Source: Chromera velia (taxonomy: Eukaryota). Taken from it: a stretch of DNA of 55,649 nucleotides. The stretch is taken from positions 1 through 55,649 of the forward strand of contig JAHBMJ010000134.1 in NCBI GenBank assembly GCA_018398765.1, read 5' to 3'. Shown piece after piece: positions 26,390 through 38,989 of this stretch (positions within the stretch are counted from its first letter, which is position 1; every line of letters starts with the position of its first letter). The translations under genes and the position numbers were made by a program. The notes beneath the pieces were generated by a model. It had not been told where the DNA came from and searched no databases. It saw only the letters and a list, made by a program, of their open reading frames with translations.

Positions 26390-28396
26390 TTATTGCCGAA
26401 TAGTTTGAAGAATCATTTTGACAGCAGCCTCGACACTGTCCCGAGGCCCTTGAACGAGAACCTGTCTTTTCCCCTTAGAGGAGGGGTCTCCTAATATCTG
26501 AATCTCAGCCTTCGACCTCTGACGAATGCTCTCAATTGTCGACCCACCCTTTCCTATCAGCTTGCCAACAGCCTCGGAAGGAACGGTAACCACGGTTGGA
26601 CTGTCGAAAGAGGAGGCCCCTCCATTCTCCTGCTGCTTCTTCGATTGACTCGTCCCCCCCGCCCCTGACGCTGCGTCCCCTTCCCGTGACGTCACAGGAC
26701 CTCTGACAGTCTGTGCGGTTGACGGCGAACTTGGAGAGTTGCCTGACGCACGCGGCTGCGTTTTCCCTGTAGAAACGTCTGCCGTCTTCTTCATCTTGCT
26801 GGAGACAGCGGGCGAAGGGGGAGACAGACGAGACGAGGATACCTGCAAGGCATGCAACGAACTCATCTCAGCGGCCCTTGCTTCTCTCAATGCCCCCCCC
26901 CGCACTGATGCGGAGGCTGCTGCTGCTGCTGCTGAAGGGGCGGGGCTTGCTCGTTTTCTAGGTCTTCTGCTCATGAGGTCGATCTGTGTTTCCACAATTG
27001 CAAGCACGGCCTCTGCGTCTTCCAGAGGGTCGTGGATCCCTTTCTGAAATTGGGGAAATCGGCCTCTGACTGCCGGTGAGTCTTCTACGAGACTGCGCAA
27101 CGACCGCGGTTTTCCAGTCTCGGGATGGGGTAGGACGAGGGCGGTGTCGATCACGTGTGACTCTACTAAGGGCCCCCAGAGACGGAGGCCAGCCAGATCG
27201 TGCCACACAGAGTGACCAATCAACACAGTGCGCTCTGCAAAGCAAACCTCCTCAGACAAACGTCTCTGCACTTCTCTCACCTCTACCAGGCCTCCAACCT
27301 CCTTCTTCAACCTTTCACTGTCGAGACCGTGGATCTCGGTCTTCCACTGGTGCAGCCCATCAGGACCTGTCTCAAGCCACTCTCCGTTGGGGTCGGGCAC
27401 TACGAGCATCCCGCGGATCAGCTCTTTCTTTTCCCGTCGTCCATCTGCATACACATCCAGTGCTACCGCACTCACCAACACCACCCGCTTCTCACGGGTC
27501 TGCCTGTGCTCAATCATCTCGCAGTCAAAGGCCAGAAGCCGCAAAACAGGACGTCCCCCCCTTTTTTCTCTGTCCAGACTCTGGTCACGTGACCCTCTCG
27601 CCTCTCCTTCTCGACCTGCCCCTACCTCCTCCTCCCAGGGGTCCATCCAGTCAGAACCCCCTCCTCCCTGGGAAGAAGAGTCACCCCCCGCCTCTCGAGG
27701 AGGGGCAAGTGCCTTTCCGAAACGGGTGGCAAATTCCGGGTGGTGTGCTGTCCGAGCACACAGGGCACTTGCGAAGAAAGCAAAGTCGACGCTCGAGGCT
27801 GCTGCGGCTGCGGCCTCGACGCGACGGCTGTCTGTCGGCATGTACCTGCTGTCTTTTCCCACGACAAACACACCAGGAGGACTCCCCCCTTCCAAACCTG
27901 CAGCTGGGTCGAGGGTACTTTCTCTGGCAGAACAAGAGTGCTCTGGTCGGTCTACAGGATCTCTGCTCGTCTGGGCTCTCTCTTGGGCAGAGGGCTCCCT
28001 CAAAAGTTTAGGGAGACGGAGAGAGAAGTTTTTCTCCCTGTCTTTCAGCCAGCCCTCGCGTCCCCGATTGAGGACAAAGACAAGCTTCAAGATGGTTAGG
28101 TCCCGTGGATAAGAGAGTCTGACTGTTTTCTCAGCCGAAAAGGGCGTGTCGGCGCATCCATCCTTCACCTGCGTGTGGGGGTAGGTCTGAATCCGAGCGG
28201 GGGGGGCTTCCCAGTTCGTCTGGTTTTCTTGCTGTATCACCCCCCAGTGGAGAATTGGGCTTTCATGTCCAAAGCCCTCCACTGCATGGATGCCAATGAC
28301 TACATTCTTGGAGTCAAAGCGAACTGCAGCCTGCACGACTTTCCCGTCACAGTCCCATCGGATGTGGTTGTGACCAACCAGAAGAGGAGACGGCAT
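26390..28396 (-). CDS. Fusion protein: CBM45-like starch-binding domain + DEDDh 3'-5' exonuclease + KH domain (668 aa, intronless)
   Basis: N-terminal ILHWGV..WEAPP..DTPF..LVFVL..WLKD..NFSL; central AFDCEM, LIGHSVWHDL, VIDT, HDPLEDA; C-terminal VPSEAVGKLIGKGGSTI with a GxxG loop. Confidence 0.85.
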   Translation of the reverse strand: MPSPLLVGHNHIRWDCDGKVVQAAVRFDSKNVVIGIHAVEGFGHESPILHWGVIQQENQTNWEAPPARIQTYPHTQVKDGCADTPFSAEKTVRLSYPRDLTILKLVFVLNRGREGWLKDREKNFSLRLPKLLREPSAQERAQTSRDPVDRPEHSCSARESTLDPAAGLEGGSPPGVFVVGKDSRYMPTDSRRVEAAAAAASSVDFAFFASALCARTAHHPEFATRFGKALAPPREAGGDSSSQGGGGSDWMDPWEEEVGAGREGEARGSRDQSLDREKRGGRPVLRLLAFDCEMIEHRQTREKRVVLVSAVALDVYADGRREKKELIRGMLVVPDPNGEWLETGPDGLHQWKTEIHGLDSERLKKEVGGLVEVREVQRRLSEEVCFAERTVLIGHSVWHDLAGLRLWGPLVESHVIDTALVLPHPETGKPRSLRSLVEDSPAVRGRFPQFQKGIHDPLEDAEAVLAIVETQIDLMSRRPRKRASPAPSAAAAAASASVRGGALREARAAEMSSLHALQVSSSRLSPPSPAVSSKMKKTADVSTGKTQPRASGNSPSSPSTAQTVRGPVTSREGDAASGAGGTSQSKKQQENGGASSFDSPTVVTVPSEAVGKLIGKGGSTIESIRQRSKAEIQILGDPSSKGKRQVLVQGPRDSVEAAVKMILQTIRQ

Positions 28397-30462
28397 CTTT
28401 AAATTTGTGTGAAAAATTAAGCCGGGAGATCATCAATCAGTTCCTCTAAGCTCCTCTGAGCAGCAACGTGGACTGTGACTTTTCGGACGTCTCGGTCAGA
28501 GATCTCTCAAATTCTCAGTGACTGAGGCTCATCTATGATGAGCCCCATTTTTAAGGAGAATCATTTTGGAGTCTGCATCATCAACGAGAATGAAGAGAGC
28601 GCGAGTGGCTCGGCAGTTTAGCTCGGCGGTGCTCGATCGCGCGGCGCGTGCAGGCCGAGCCATGCAGGAAGATCCATGCATGCATGCAGCTGCATGAGTT
28701 AAATCGTGTCGGTCTGCAATCGGTCTGCATGACAATGATTTGACTCTGACAGATCATTGGCGTTGAAGATCGTCTTTTGTGTGGACATTCGATTTTCCGA
28801 CAGTCTGTGCTCTAATCACCTTCACATGGAGGACAACTCATCACCATTTTTTGGCTACTTGCGTTTTTCAGCATTCCCGGGCACCGAGATTTTTTGAATG
28901 AATTCGGCGTCTCCTGTAAGTTTGTGACTGTGCTAATTTGTTGAGCGTTCTGCTATTTGTTTCATGCGGTAGCCTCAAGACTGATTGACAATCAGCTGGG
29001 TCAGAAGGGCTCCACGTACCCGCATGCAGTCGTCCACAGGGGCTGCGGGCAGTCGAGGCTTGGTGGAGGATGAGGTGAGATGAGGAGACGGCATGCGTCT
29101 ACTTTTGAGCGTCAATAGAAAAATCTTCCGAAGTACGTACGTCCCGTCGACACGTCTTCACGCTGTATCTGCAGGTGGACTCTATCAGTCGTATTCACTG
29201 GGAGACTGTGAGACAATTTTTGTACGAAGTCGGGGTTGGAGACTTGGAGCAGGAGACGCTGAGATGGTGCGTCAGTCTGTTAGATTAGTCAGAGGATGCC
29301 TAACTCCAGTTGGAGCGCTAAGCTCCCGGTCTGGTGTTCTACGGGCTTGTTTCCTGTTCCCCTTCCACTTTTGCGCCCTTTTGGAAGGCAGTTCTCCGTC
29401 ATGTCTTTTCTGGCTGTCTTTTTCTGTGTTTCTGTTTCCGTCTCTATTTGTTTGTCAGCATTTCTGGAGTTCGTACAGTCCGCCTATCTGAAAGTGGTGA
29501 TTCTCGGAATCATCCGAGATATTATCGGGGGAGCAGACGAAGGATCGCACAGCGTATCTCTGCCTCTTCTTTCCTTCGGTCATCGGTTTTGATTTTCCCC
29601 GCGTAATCTTTCGAACCGGTTGTGAGGAAACAAAAAGTCATACAGTCGTCCGTCCGACTGTCCCCCCCTCTTTCTCACTCTCTCCCGACCTCCCTGTTCC
29701 CCCCCCCCTCGATTTCTCACCAACTACTTTTTTTTTTTCTCTGTCAATCCTTCCACGTACCTACGCATCTGTCTGTCTGTCTCTCTACTTGCCTGCCTGC
29801 CTGCCTGCCTGTTCGTGAAGAAAAGAAGGGAAAGAAACCGTATAGCTTGTCTGCCTATCTGCCTGCCTGTCTATCTGCCTCCCTTCCTGTAGAAAGAACC
29901 ATATTGGTTGTCTGTCTGTTCGCCTCTCGGTAGGTCTTCCAAAGAATATCTCTTAGTTTCTCTCCTCCCGCACCTCTCTCATGCGCCTTCCTCGGTATGG
30001 ATGCTTGCAGTGTGAGACAGATTTTGGAAATGGAGCTTGACGCTCCCCTCAGAAATTACCGTCAGATTAGCGGGATCAGTACACAATCCTCTTTTTTTTT
30101 GCGATCCGGCCCTCAGAGACTCCTCTCAAGCCTCGATCGATATCTTTTCACCTGGCCCTTTGCTCAATCTATCCACGCATGCTTTTCCTCCTCTATTTTC
30201 GAAGAGGCCTGCCTCCCTCACCTGCCTGCCCTCTCCGTCTCCTTTTCCTGAACGTCACCCCCCTCACTCCCCTCCACGTGCTCACATCCCACACAGTGCC
30301 AGAGGCTCAGAGGTGGAGGGATCAGGCTCCATTTCTCTTCCGTTCTTCCCGTGCATTTACCGTCTCTCTGCCTCCCCCCACCTGTGAACCGTCTTCATCC
30401 GGCCGGTCTCCTTTGATTTGGTAACACAGGTCGTTGTTTTCCCTGACCTCTCTCCCGTGCAG

Positions 30463-31855
30463 GAGACCTCGCGCGCGCCGTGCGCAGAACGAGCGAGAGG
30501 GGTGCAGCATCTGCTCTCGCTCTGCGCCGGTCGAACTTGCCCGACGACTTGCACACAGCCTGCTCGAGTCTTCTGCAGGTGCTGCACACGCTGGTGGAAC
30601 AGCAGCCCCCCCCAGAAGCCGAGCGGCAGGCAGAGGATCCGACAGGGAGGGGACTCGGCCCGGGGGGAGAGGAGGAAGGCTTTGAAGTGGCTGACCTCTT
30701 TGCCGCGCTGAAGCTTCAAGAGGAGTGGGAAGCCGAACTACAGAGCGAGGAGGTGGCAAGGAGATTGCAGAGAGAGGACGACGTGAGAGCAGGAACGGAG
30801 GCTGCTAGAAACGTGCAGAGAGAGGAGGAGGAGGCAAAAGCATCGGAAGAGACTGCAAGACGTCTGCAGAGAGAGGAGGACGCTACAGAAGGGGAAGAGA
30901 CCGCGAGGCGTCTCCAAAGAGAAGAAGAAGAAGCTCGGTCTTCGAGCTCAACCACCCCTACACCATCGGAAGAGACTGCAAGACGTCTGCAGAGAGAGGA
31001 GGACGCTACAGAAGGGGAAGAGACCGCGAGGCGTCTCCAAAGAGAAGAAGAAGAAGCTCGGTCTTCGAGCTCAACCACCCCTACACCATCCGCAGCAGCC
31101 TACGATGGTCAGCATTCAGAACTCACTCCCGAAGAGATGGAGTCTGCGCAGAGGCTGTTGTCGCCTGAGCAGAACGCAAGTCTGAGGAAGATCCGCAATG
31201 GGGGCGCCAGGCCCGTTCTGGGCGTTCACAGTGCCGAAGATGTCAGAGTTTTGGTTGCCCACACTGTTCTCTGGACACTCCAGAGACGGGTGTTCGGGGG
31301 CTTCGTTCGTGACTGGGTGATTGGCCAACGCAGTGCGTCCACTGATATCGACGTGCTTCTGCATGACGAGGACGACCCGGTAGAGATGGCCAATAGACTG
31401 ACGGACGCAGTAGAGGCTGCAGGGGTGCGTTCGAATGATGTCATTGTGCGCCAACCGTTGCAGAGGGGTATCGCTCACAAGCTGGAGATCGTTTGGGCAG
31501 GTGAAACGATAGAGGTTGACCTGGTCAGACCCTCTGACCGTCCTCGGAGTCTCCTCCCTTTGTGGACAGCGACGCGAATAACTTGGTCGTGGACCGATTT
31601 GGCGTGCAGCTATTGGAGAGGGTGCGTGTGTGCGGAAGGCCGCTGCCTGACGTGTTGACCAGCGCTCTCCATGCACACCAGAGAAGTTTCATCTTTTTTT
31701 ACCAACTGAACGGAGAGATGGCACGCGGGAGGCTGCGAAAATTTTGGGAAAAGGGGTGGGTCTGTCTGAACGACATTCCGTCCCGCGAGGTTCCCTCGCA
31801 TTCTGACCTCTACAGGCCTGAAGCGAGGTTCTCTCGAGAGAAGTGGTACACCTAG
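30463..31855 (+). CDS. Repeat-containing class II nucleotidyltransferase-like protein; last exon, one frameshift near 31545
   Basis: VFGGFVRDW (31290-31316), DIDV (31344-31355) and EVDL; homology to ORF 50637-51470 continues in the -1 frame (ORF 31562-31855: DSDANNL...FIFFY...RLRKFWEKGWVCLN). Upstream exons are probable (ATG candidate 29024) but unresolved. Confidence 0.75.
30841..31086 (+). repeat. In-frame 123-bp (41-aa) tandem duplication
   Basis: 30841-30963 is repeated at 30964-31086; each copy encodes two EETARRLQREE motifs. Confidence 0.95.
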
Positions 31856-32616
31856 CTGACCTCGCTTTCGTGCGAGCTACGGACAATACTAGTTGGATCT
31901 CTGGGTGGCATTTTTTTTTTGTTTCCGTGGCTTTTTGCAGTAGCCTTTCAAGGCATGTACATTGTCGTTGTAGTTCGTACTTCTGGTATTGAAGCGAAAG
32001 ATAAAGTAGCTTTCTGCTTTTGCTTGCACAGTCTTTCAGCGAGTTCCAAGAGCGATCTCGCGAGAGGGGCGTGCATATTGCTTCAGTCGCTGCCCCAACA
32101 CCAACCCCAATTGTTTACAGTCGGATTCAAGTTCTCCTTTGCTTTGAATATTTTAGTAAGGCATTGATTGATTGATTGATTTGAATGATTTCAATATTTA
32201 TCGTTTTTTTATGTACATATACTATTAGACAACATGACGTGCAACCATTGTTAATTGGCTAAATAACTGAATAAGATAATTAAATGATGTTGTGATGTGA
32301 GTTATTATGAGTTATCACATAGTATGGAACAATATGGCGCGCGTTATAGGAGAAATGCTGAAGAATTTATGCAGTAAAGCATGAAATAACCCAGGAAATA
32401 ACATATTTCATAAACTCATTCCACAGAGAAATCGCGGATACAGTGCAAGACTGCAAGTGTTTTAACTATACTTCTATGTAGTGTTTGAATTGTGAGTCAA
32501 TTTGTAATACAGTCTAGAATGCAGCATACATATATGGCGTTGAGGCGGGAAACCAATCTTTCGCACATAAATCGTGCGCGCGGAATTAAATACTAATTCT
32601 AATAATTTTTATGTTA

Positions 32617-33092
32617 TGCTTTGTCCCTCCTGTCCGGCCACCTTATGGCATCCAGACAGAAGGTAAAGCGAGGACAAGAACCTTAGGAAGATCTAGAGAA
32701 GGAACGTGTGCAACATTAACTTAAGCAACACTTTACAGGAGGTTTGGCTCTGTATATATCAGTTTAAGCGCTAGTGCGATCTAGTATTCCAATCAGCTGC
32801 GTTCATTCTATCATGCACAGTTTCTACTCATTCCTCTCTCTCAGACTCTTAGGAGCTCTCTTGATCTATGGCAAACAGACATCAGACTTAAACGATGCTA
32901 TCCGTTGCTCGAGTAACATGTTGCATGCTTGAATACGAAGGTCAGACTCGATCGATTTCAACAATTTTGATCGACGCGCGCGACACGTACGAAACAAAGC
33001 GCGGCGGCGGAGCTTGGCGTCGGCACGCGGGCTCATTCAGATATAGCGCATACGAGGGTCCAGAGGGCGGCGCCACAGGGTAGGACTCCACA
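32617..33092 (-). repeat. 3' LTR of the non-autonomous element
   Basis: Direct repeat of 35475-35950. Confidence 0.92.
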
Positions 33093-35474
33093 GATCCTCC
33101 CCGGCTACAGACAAGAAAATCGCGTCCCCGCGATCAGCCAGACACATTCGAGCATACGCAGAAAAAGAAAAAAGGCGAGCAAAAGAACACGATTAACCAG
33201 ACATAATGCAAACCTATACAACCAATAGAACACTTCAAAGCATGTAGTTGAAGGAATGAAATTTCGAGCGTCCTCGCACCATGACAGATACAAGGAAGAG
33301 CAAATCAAGACAACAGACATCAACGAACGAACGGCCGTGAACAGCAGCCGGTCAGACTTATCGGAGGGAGACGCTTGGCGGTACACCGTCTAGCTCTACG
33401 CAGATGCTCGCGTAGAGACGGCTAGCTCCACCAAGGCCCCCATCAACTCCCGTGCTGCGAGGGAGAGAGGTGATACCCAGAGAACCCAGAGGGCCTCCAA
33501 AACACCGGTATCCCCCTGTAAAGAGAAGATGCAGAACGGACACAGAGACATGCATGGGCTGTCCCCTCACTTTTTCTTCTTTTCTCGTTGAACTAGATAT
33601 CTCTTTAAAGATTTCTTCTCCTTTTGCTCCTCCTCTACTCATTTTCTCTCCGCCTCTTCCAGTCTCTTTTTTTTTAATTAAGAAGGAAGCCAGGGATAAC
33701 CCAAAACGTTTCAAAGCAGCAGAAGGAAGTGAGAAGGAGACAGTGAATGAAAGCGCCCCCTCATGTGCTCGTGCTCTCAGCCACATGAGGGGTTTGACTC
33801 CCAAGCCACATGCAAAGAAGAGAAGCCGAGAGAGAAGAAAGGTCACTCTTCCAAAAGAAGCTCCAGAAGTTCCAAATGCGTGGCACATGTGGCGTTCGGC
33901 TTGTTATTCTCGCAGTCCACCTCTTTGACGCTCAGCTTTGCAATGAGCTCACCCTCCCCCCAAGTTCAGTACAGGGGCGCAAGGGTGGTCACAGGTAGTC
34001 GCGGGCATGCGCGGGCATGCGCGGGCATAAGCATATGGCGGCGACAATCAGGCAGTCCTCTGCCCGCGTCTCATATGCAGCTGACGTAGGGGTAGGCGAT
34101 CGACTTCGAGTTCTCGTTGATAGAAGGGCTCGGCCGTCTCGTCGAGCATAAACACATTTTACGCGTGTTAGCGGCTGCATAAAGGGAGGGAGGGAAGGGA
34201 CCGGACACATTGCAGACTGCCCTGCTGGTTTCTTTCTATCTCGTCTCTTCTTTCTGTCTTGTTTCATCCCTTTGCTGCTCCTTTCGACACATGAACTCTC
34301 AACTTCAGACAAAAGATGCTCCAGTCACACTCAGTCGCTAGTACTTCGCATGCTCTCGGCCAGCCTCGATTCGATTCGCCCCCCCCACCCCGAAACAACC
34401 CCCCTCTCCCCCTCTTTCCCCCCTTTTCCCTCCCTTTCCCCCCTTCCCCATTGTCCCCCCTTCCCCCCATGACCCGCTTTGCCCTTCCTGATCCCTGTTA
34501 AAAATTTTGCCGGCGCCGGTGAGAGATGAGGCGGCAGCTACCGTGTGCCCTACTCTGTCTCTCAGTAGGTCTGCCGTGACCCTTCTGCCTCTCTTGCCGT
34601 CAAGGGCAGGCTCGATATCATTTTGTACCCCTTCCTTACTTCCCCCTCCTTCCTACTCCAGGCTCGCCACATCGGGGTCCCAGAGCAGAAGGCCTTCCCT
34701 GGCTGGCACACCGGCCGTGACTGCGTTGTTCCGTGTGGTACGCCGCCACCTGTCCCTTCTGTCTGTTTAACATGCATGTAGAGTCTCACGCACCCGATCG
34801 AACCGCCACTCATTGAATGATCTACGCGATAGCCAGACAGCCAGAAACGACAAGCTCACTCTTAGAAGAAAACGGCAGCATTGCAGACACATGGAGAGGC
34901 AAAGGGTGTCTTCTTGTGTTTGGACGCTGTCGGAGGACCAGTCCAGACAGACCTAGACACGCTGGAGGTGTTTGCAGGCCACAAAGGTGGTCGGCCTCTC
35001 GCAGACAAGCAAACAACCAACAGCAAAGACAAATGAAGATGATCAACCGACACCTATCTGGAAGACGGAGACAGTTACAGAATTAAAAGGCATAAGAAAA
35101 GCACTCTACTGGCCGTTAAACTTTGAATTGCGATCTGCTTATAGGCGGCGGTCTCAATGAAGTCAAGCTCTTCGAAAGTCCGAGCAACACCAAGCAACGT
35201 CTCCACCATCGGCTTTGGCGACCTCCAACGTCTTCGGGCTTTCCACCCAAGGACAAAGGCAAAGTCCAGGATCAGACTCAAAAGAGATCTCCGAAAGAGG
35301 ATTCCAGGCAGCTTGGGACGCAAGGGGACGCTGAATTCCCCTACTCGCGGTCTTTACCTGACCGTGCCCGTATCGTTGCAATCGGCTTTCAACTGTTGCG
35401 CAAAAGGAAGATCTGATCTCCATCACAGAAGGAAAACGAGAGTCGACACTCATCGAGCTGAGCCGTCACCATAA

Positions 35475-35950
35475 TGCTTTGTCCCTCCTGTCCGGCCACC
35501 TTATGGCGTCCAGACAGAAGGTAAAGCGAGGACAAGAACCTTAGGAAGATCTAGAGAAGGAACGTGTGCAACATTAACTCAAGCAACACTTTACAGGAGG
35601 TTTGGCTCTGTATATATCAGTTTAAGCGCTAGCGCGATCTAGTATTCCAATCAGCTGCGTTCATTCTATCATGCACAGTTTCTACTCATTCCTCTCTCTC
35701 AGACTCTTAGGAGCTCTCTTGATCTATGACAAACAGACATCAGACTTAAACGATGCTATCCGTTGCTCGAGTAACATGTTGCATGCTTGAATACGAAGGT
35801 CAGACTCGATCGATTTCAACAATTTTGATCGACGCGCGCGACACGTACGAAACAAAGCGCGGCGGCGGAGCTTGGCGTCGGCACGCGGGCTCATTCAGAT
35901 ATAGCGCATACGAGGGTCCAGAGGGCGGCGCCACAGGGTAGGACTCCACA
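35475..35950 (-). repeat. 5' LTR of the non-autonomous element
   Basis: Direct repeat of 32617-33092. Confidence 0.92.
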
Positions 35951-37292
35951 GTTACAAATTATGTAAGACTTTAACCTGGGGAAATTAACCATAGATTTGA
36001 AAGTAGATCTGCATGAAGGTGCTAGCAGTAGTTCATAATATGGATCGTCTCAATTATAATATTTAGGCTAAATTGCGAGTTGAATCCTTTCTACTAAGTG
36101 TCTAGAATCCCTTTGATTCAATCAAGCTTGGAATGCAAGTTTAATCTAACTTCATTCAAGTCGAGGCGTTCAAAATTCAAACGCCACACCAGTTTACAAG
36201 AATCATTTTGGCAATCAATCCGATTTATTCAATTATATTCAATGAAATGATCCAGGCGAAAACACAATCTTATATACACACATGCTGTGACATGCACGCC
36301 TGTGACGAAACTGAGTCTGACGACAGCCAGGATAGATTTTTTTTTTGAAACGAAGAAGTGGACAGCGACAAAAAATGATGGATAGGGGTGGACTGAGCAG
36401 CCATCCAACTGTTCATCCTTCAAATATGCATGCATGCATGCATGAATGAATGAATGGTTTTCCTGTGCTCATTGCGCGAGCCGCGCTCCCAGCGGCCCGC
36501 AGACATGCAAACCAACGTCGATCACCCACCTAAAAGAGCAAAAGGTGACTGCAAGACCTGAGCTATTTGCATCAAGTTCGTTCACCGTCTCTTCGTTAAA
36601 CAGGCGAGGGTGCGGGATGATACTCTGCTTGTCCTCCTCTTACACTCGATTTCTGATTTTGATGATGAGAGGAGCTGAGTAGGCGGAGAGAACGCAATCC
36701 CGGTAGGCTGCCCCACCCCGGTGCAAAAATGTGTCTGGAGGAGAAGACGGACGCAAAAAAGGAGGAAGGCAGGTGCAGCCAAACGATGAAGACAACGAAA
36801 GAACAGAAGAAAGATTACACAAAGTACACGACACTGAACAGTGACTGACAGGGAGGGTCTCATTGAGTTCATGCAACATTGGACGGAGCATGCAGCCATT
36901 CAGTCAAAGACGAAATTAAGTGGATTGTTTATTTACACCGTTCCTCATCTTCCCTTCACCTGTAAAAATCCATCAGGCACCAGGAGAAGACGCGAACAAA
37001 CGAAAAAGTCTAACTATGATTGAGAGCAAGCAGCTTCACCCGTCTCTGCCCGGGAAAGCTGTATCTCTCTCCTCCGAGCCTCTTCTCCATCTTTCCCCCT
37101 CCGCTCTCCCCTCCCCTCCTTTCCTGTCCTGAGTGCGGACAGAGGAAAAATAGAGAGAACAAGGGAACAGCCGAGCAGAGAGAAGAGAGGACGACCAGGT
37201 GATGGCAGCAGAGCCCGCCACTATCCCTGCCTGCCATCACACACTCCGACTCTTTTCCCGGCTCTCCCCCCTCCCCTCCTTCCTCCCCCCCC

Positions 37293-38910
37293 TCACTTCC
37301 CCATCTTGTGGCCCCTCCCCCCCTCGTTGTGGCGGGGCGTGGAGAAGATCGTGGAGATGCCCTCATGTGTCAGAAGCCACTCGTACCAGACGTAGTGCTT
37401 GTCGTCGCAGCGCCAGATGCTGAAGCTGCACGGGGAGAGTGGAAGGGACAGAGACGCACGGGGATACGTTCAAATTTCAGGAAGGGAGACAACCCGAAAA
37501 AAGGAGGGATGCACTGTTTTTCAGTCTGTAGAAAAAAAAGGAAAAGACGGGCAGGCAGGAGGAAGCTGGCACGACAGCAATGATGCCTGTGTTCGTCTTT
37601 CTTCATTCACTGTCCTCTTTTCACTCTTCTCCACCCCTCTCCCCACTTTTCCGCCCCCACACTTCATTCCCGCTTTTTGTGGCCGAAAAGCAGTTAAGCA
37701 TGCACCAAGCCAACCTACTGACGTAATTTTGTCGCCCTTCTGGACAAAGATCGGCTCCATGATGGGAAAGAAAATAGGCCACCAGGAAGCCATATCCTGG
37801 GTGTACGTCTCCTTCACAATCGAGATCGCAATAGGGCCGTACAGATCCGCGTAGAAGTACCCAGCCATGCCGTGGACCACAGCATCGATGGTCATGGTGA
37901 AGTCGACTTTGGTGTGTCTGCGGTTGTGCGCGTTCGAAGGGTCGATTTTCTTGTTGGGGTAATGATCAAAGGTGAACAGAGGCTGCGCACCCTGTACGGC
38001 GGGGAAGTAAGCGGAGTGGATATAGACGACGAGGGGAGTCTCGAGGAACTTTTCTCCCAGCTTCTGCAATCATGAATGACACAGGAAAAGAGGGAGAAAA
38101 CAGTAGGAGCAGACAGAAAAAAGAAAAAGTAATAGAGACGGTGTCAAGCAACCCCGACACGAACCCTTTTGCTTTCCTCATCGGGACGGTGCCCGACTGC
38201 GGGAAAGAGGCAAACACGACGACAGACGACAAAAAAGAGTGGAGAGGTCAACAAGACGCTCAATGCCGGGAGAAGAGAGGTCGAGCTAGAGCTGCACTCT
38301 ATCTGAGACTCCCCTTCTAAAATGCATGACCCTGACATCACTCGCGTGTTCCTTCCCTTCCTCCGTTGCCCCCTCCTTCCATGCTCTCTCCAGCTGCCTG
38401 GCACTGTCTGACCGACAAACCTTGGCGTCTGTCCAGAGCTTCGTGGAGGACACGGGACGGGCGTAGGACACGGAGCGGTGAGGGATCGAGACACCCCCTT
38501 CCTTCAGGAGTCTCTGCGCACCGTCGAGACACTCAGGGGAGAGTTCGTTGTCCCCGAACGAACCCAGGAGCTCTGACACCATGATGTCGGCCTGCTTCTC
38601 CAGATTCACGTTCTGTCTCATGTCGGAGCTGACAATCTCGAGCTTGCTCCAGAAAGGACACTCTGCCTCGAGTTTCTTCTTGTCCGTCAGGGTGATCACG
38701 GCATTCGGGTTCTTCTCGAGGGCCACGAGCTTGATGTTCTGCACGCACGTAGATTGGTGAGTGAAGACTTGAATCAGTACAGGCCCGTTGAGCTCGGCCA
38801 GATGAAAATTGGTAGGCATGGCTCTCTCTCTCTCTCTCTTACTTACACACACACATACACACAACGACATGCACACACGCACACATGCACGCACACATGC
38901 ACGCACACAA

Positions 38911-38989
<79 letters not shown>

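Larger units (their letters stand above)
32617..35950 (-). mobile_element. Non-autonomous LTR retroelement (no recognisable gag/pol)
   Basis: 476-bp TG...CA direct repeats (32617-33092, 35475-35950) with 4 differences; 4-bp TSD GTTA (32613-32616, 35951-35954). On the minus strand: PBS-like TGGTGACGGCTCAGC next to the right LTR and PPT-like AGCCGGGGAGGA next to the left LTR. Confidence 0.9.

Noticed and set aside
30418..30711. Cys-rich RING-like peptide (CPTTCTQPARVFCRCC)
   Set aside because: Alternative frame overlapping the NTase gene; spacing does not fit a RING domain.
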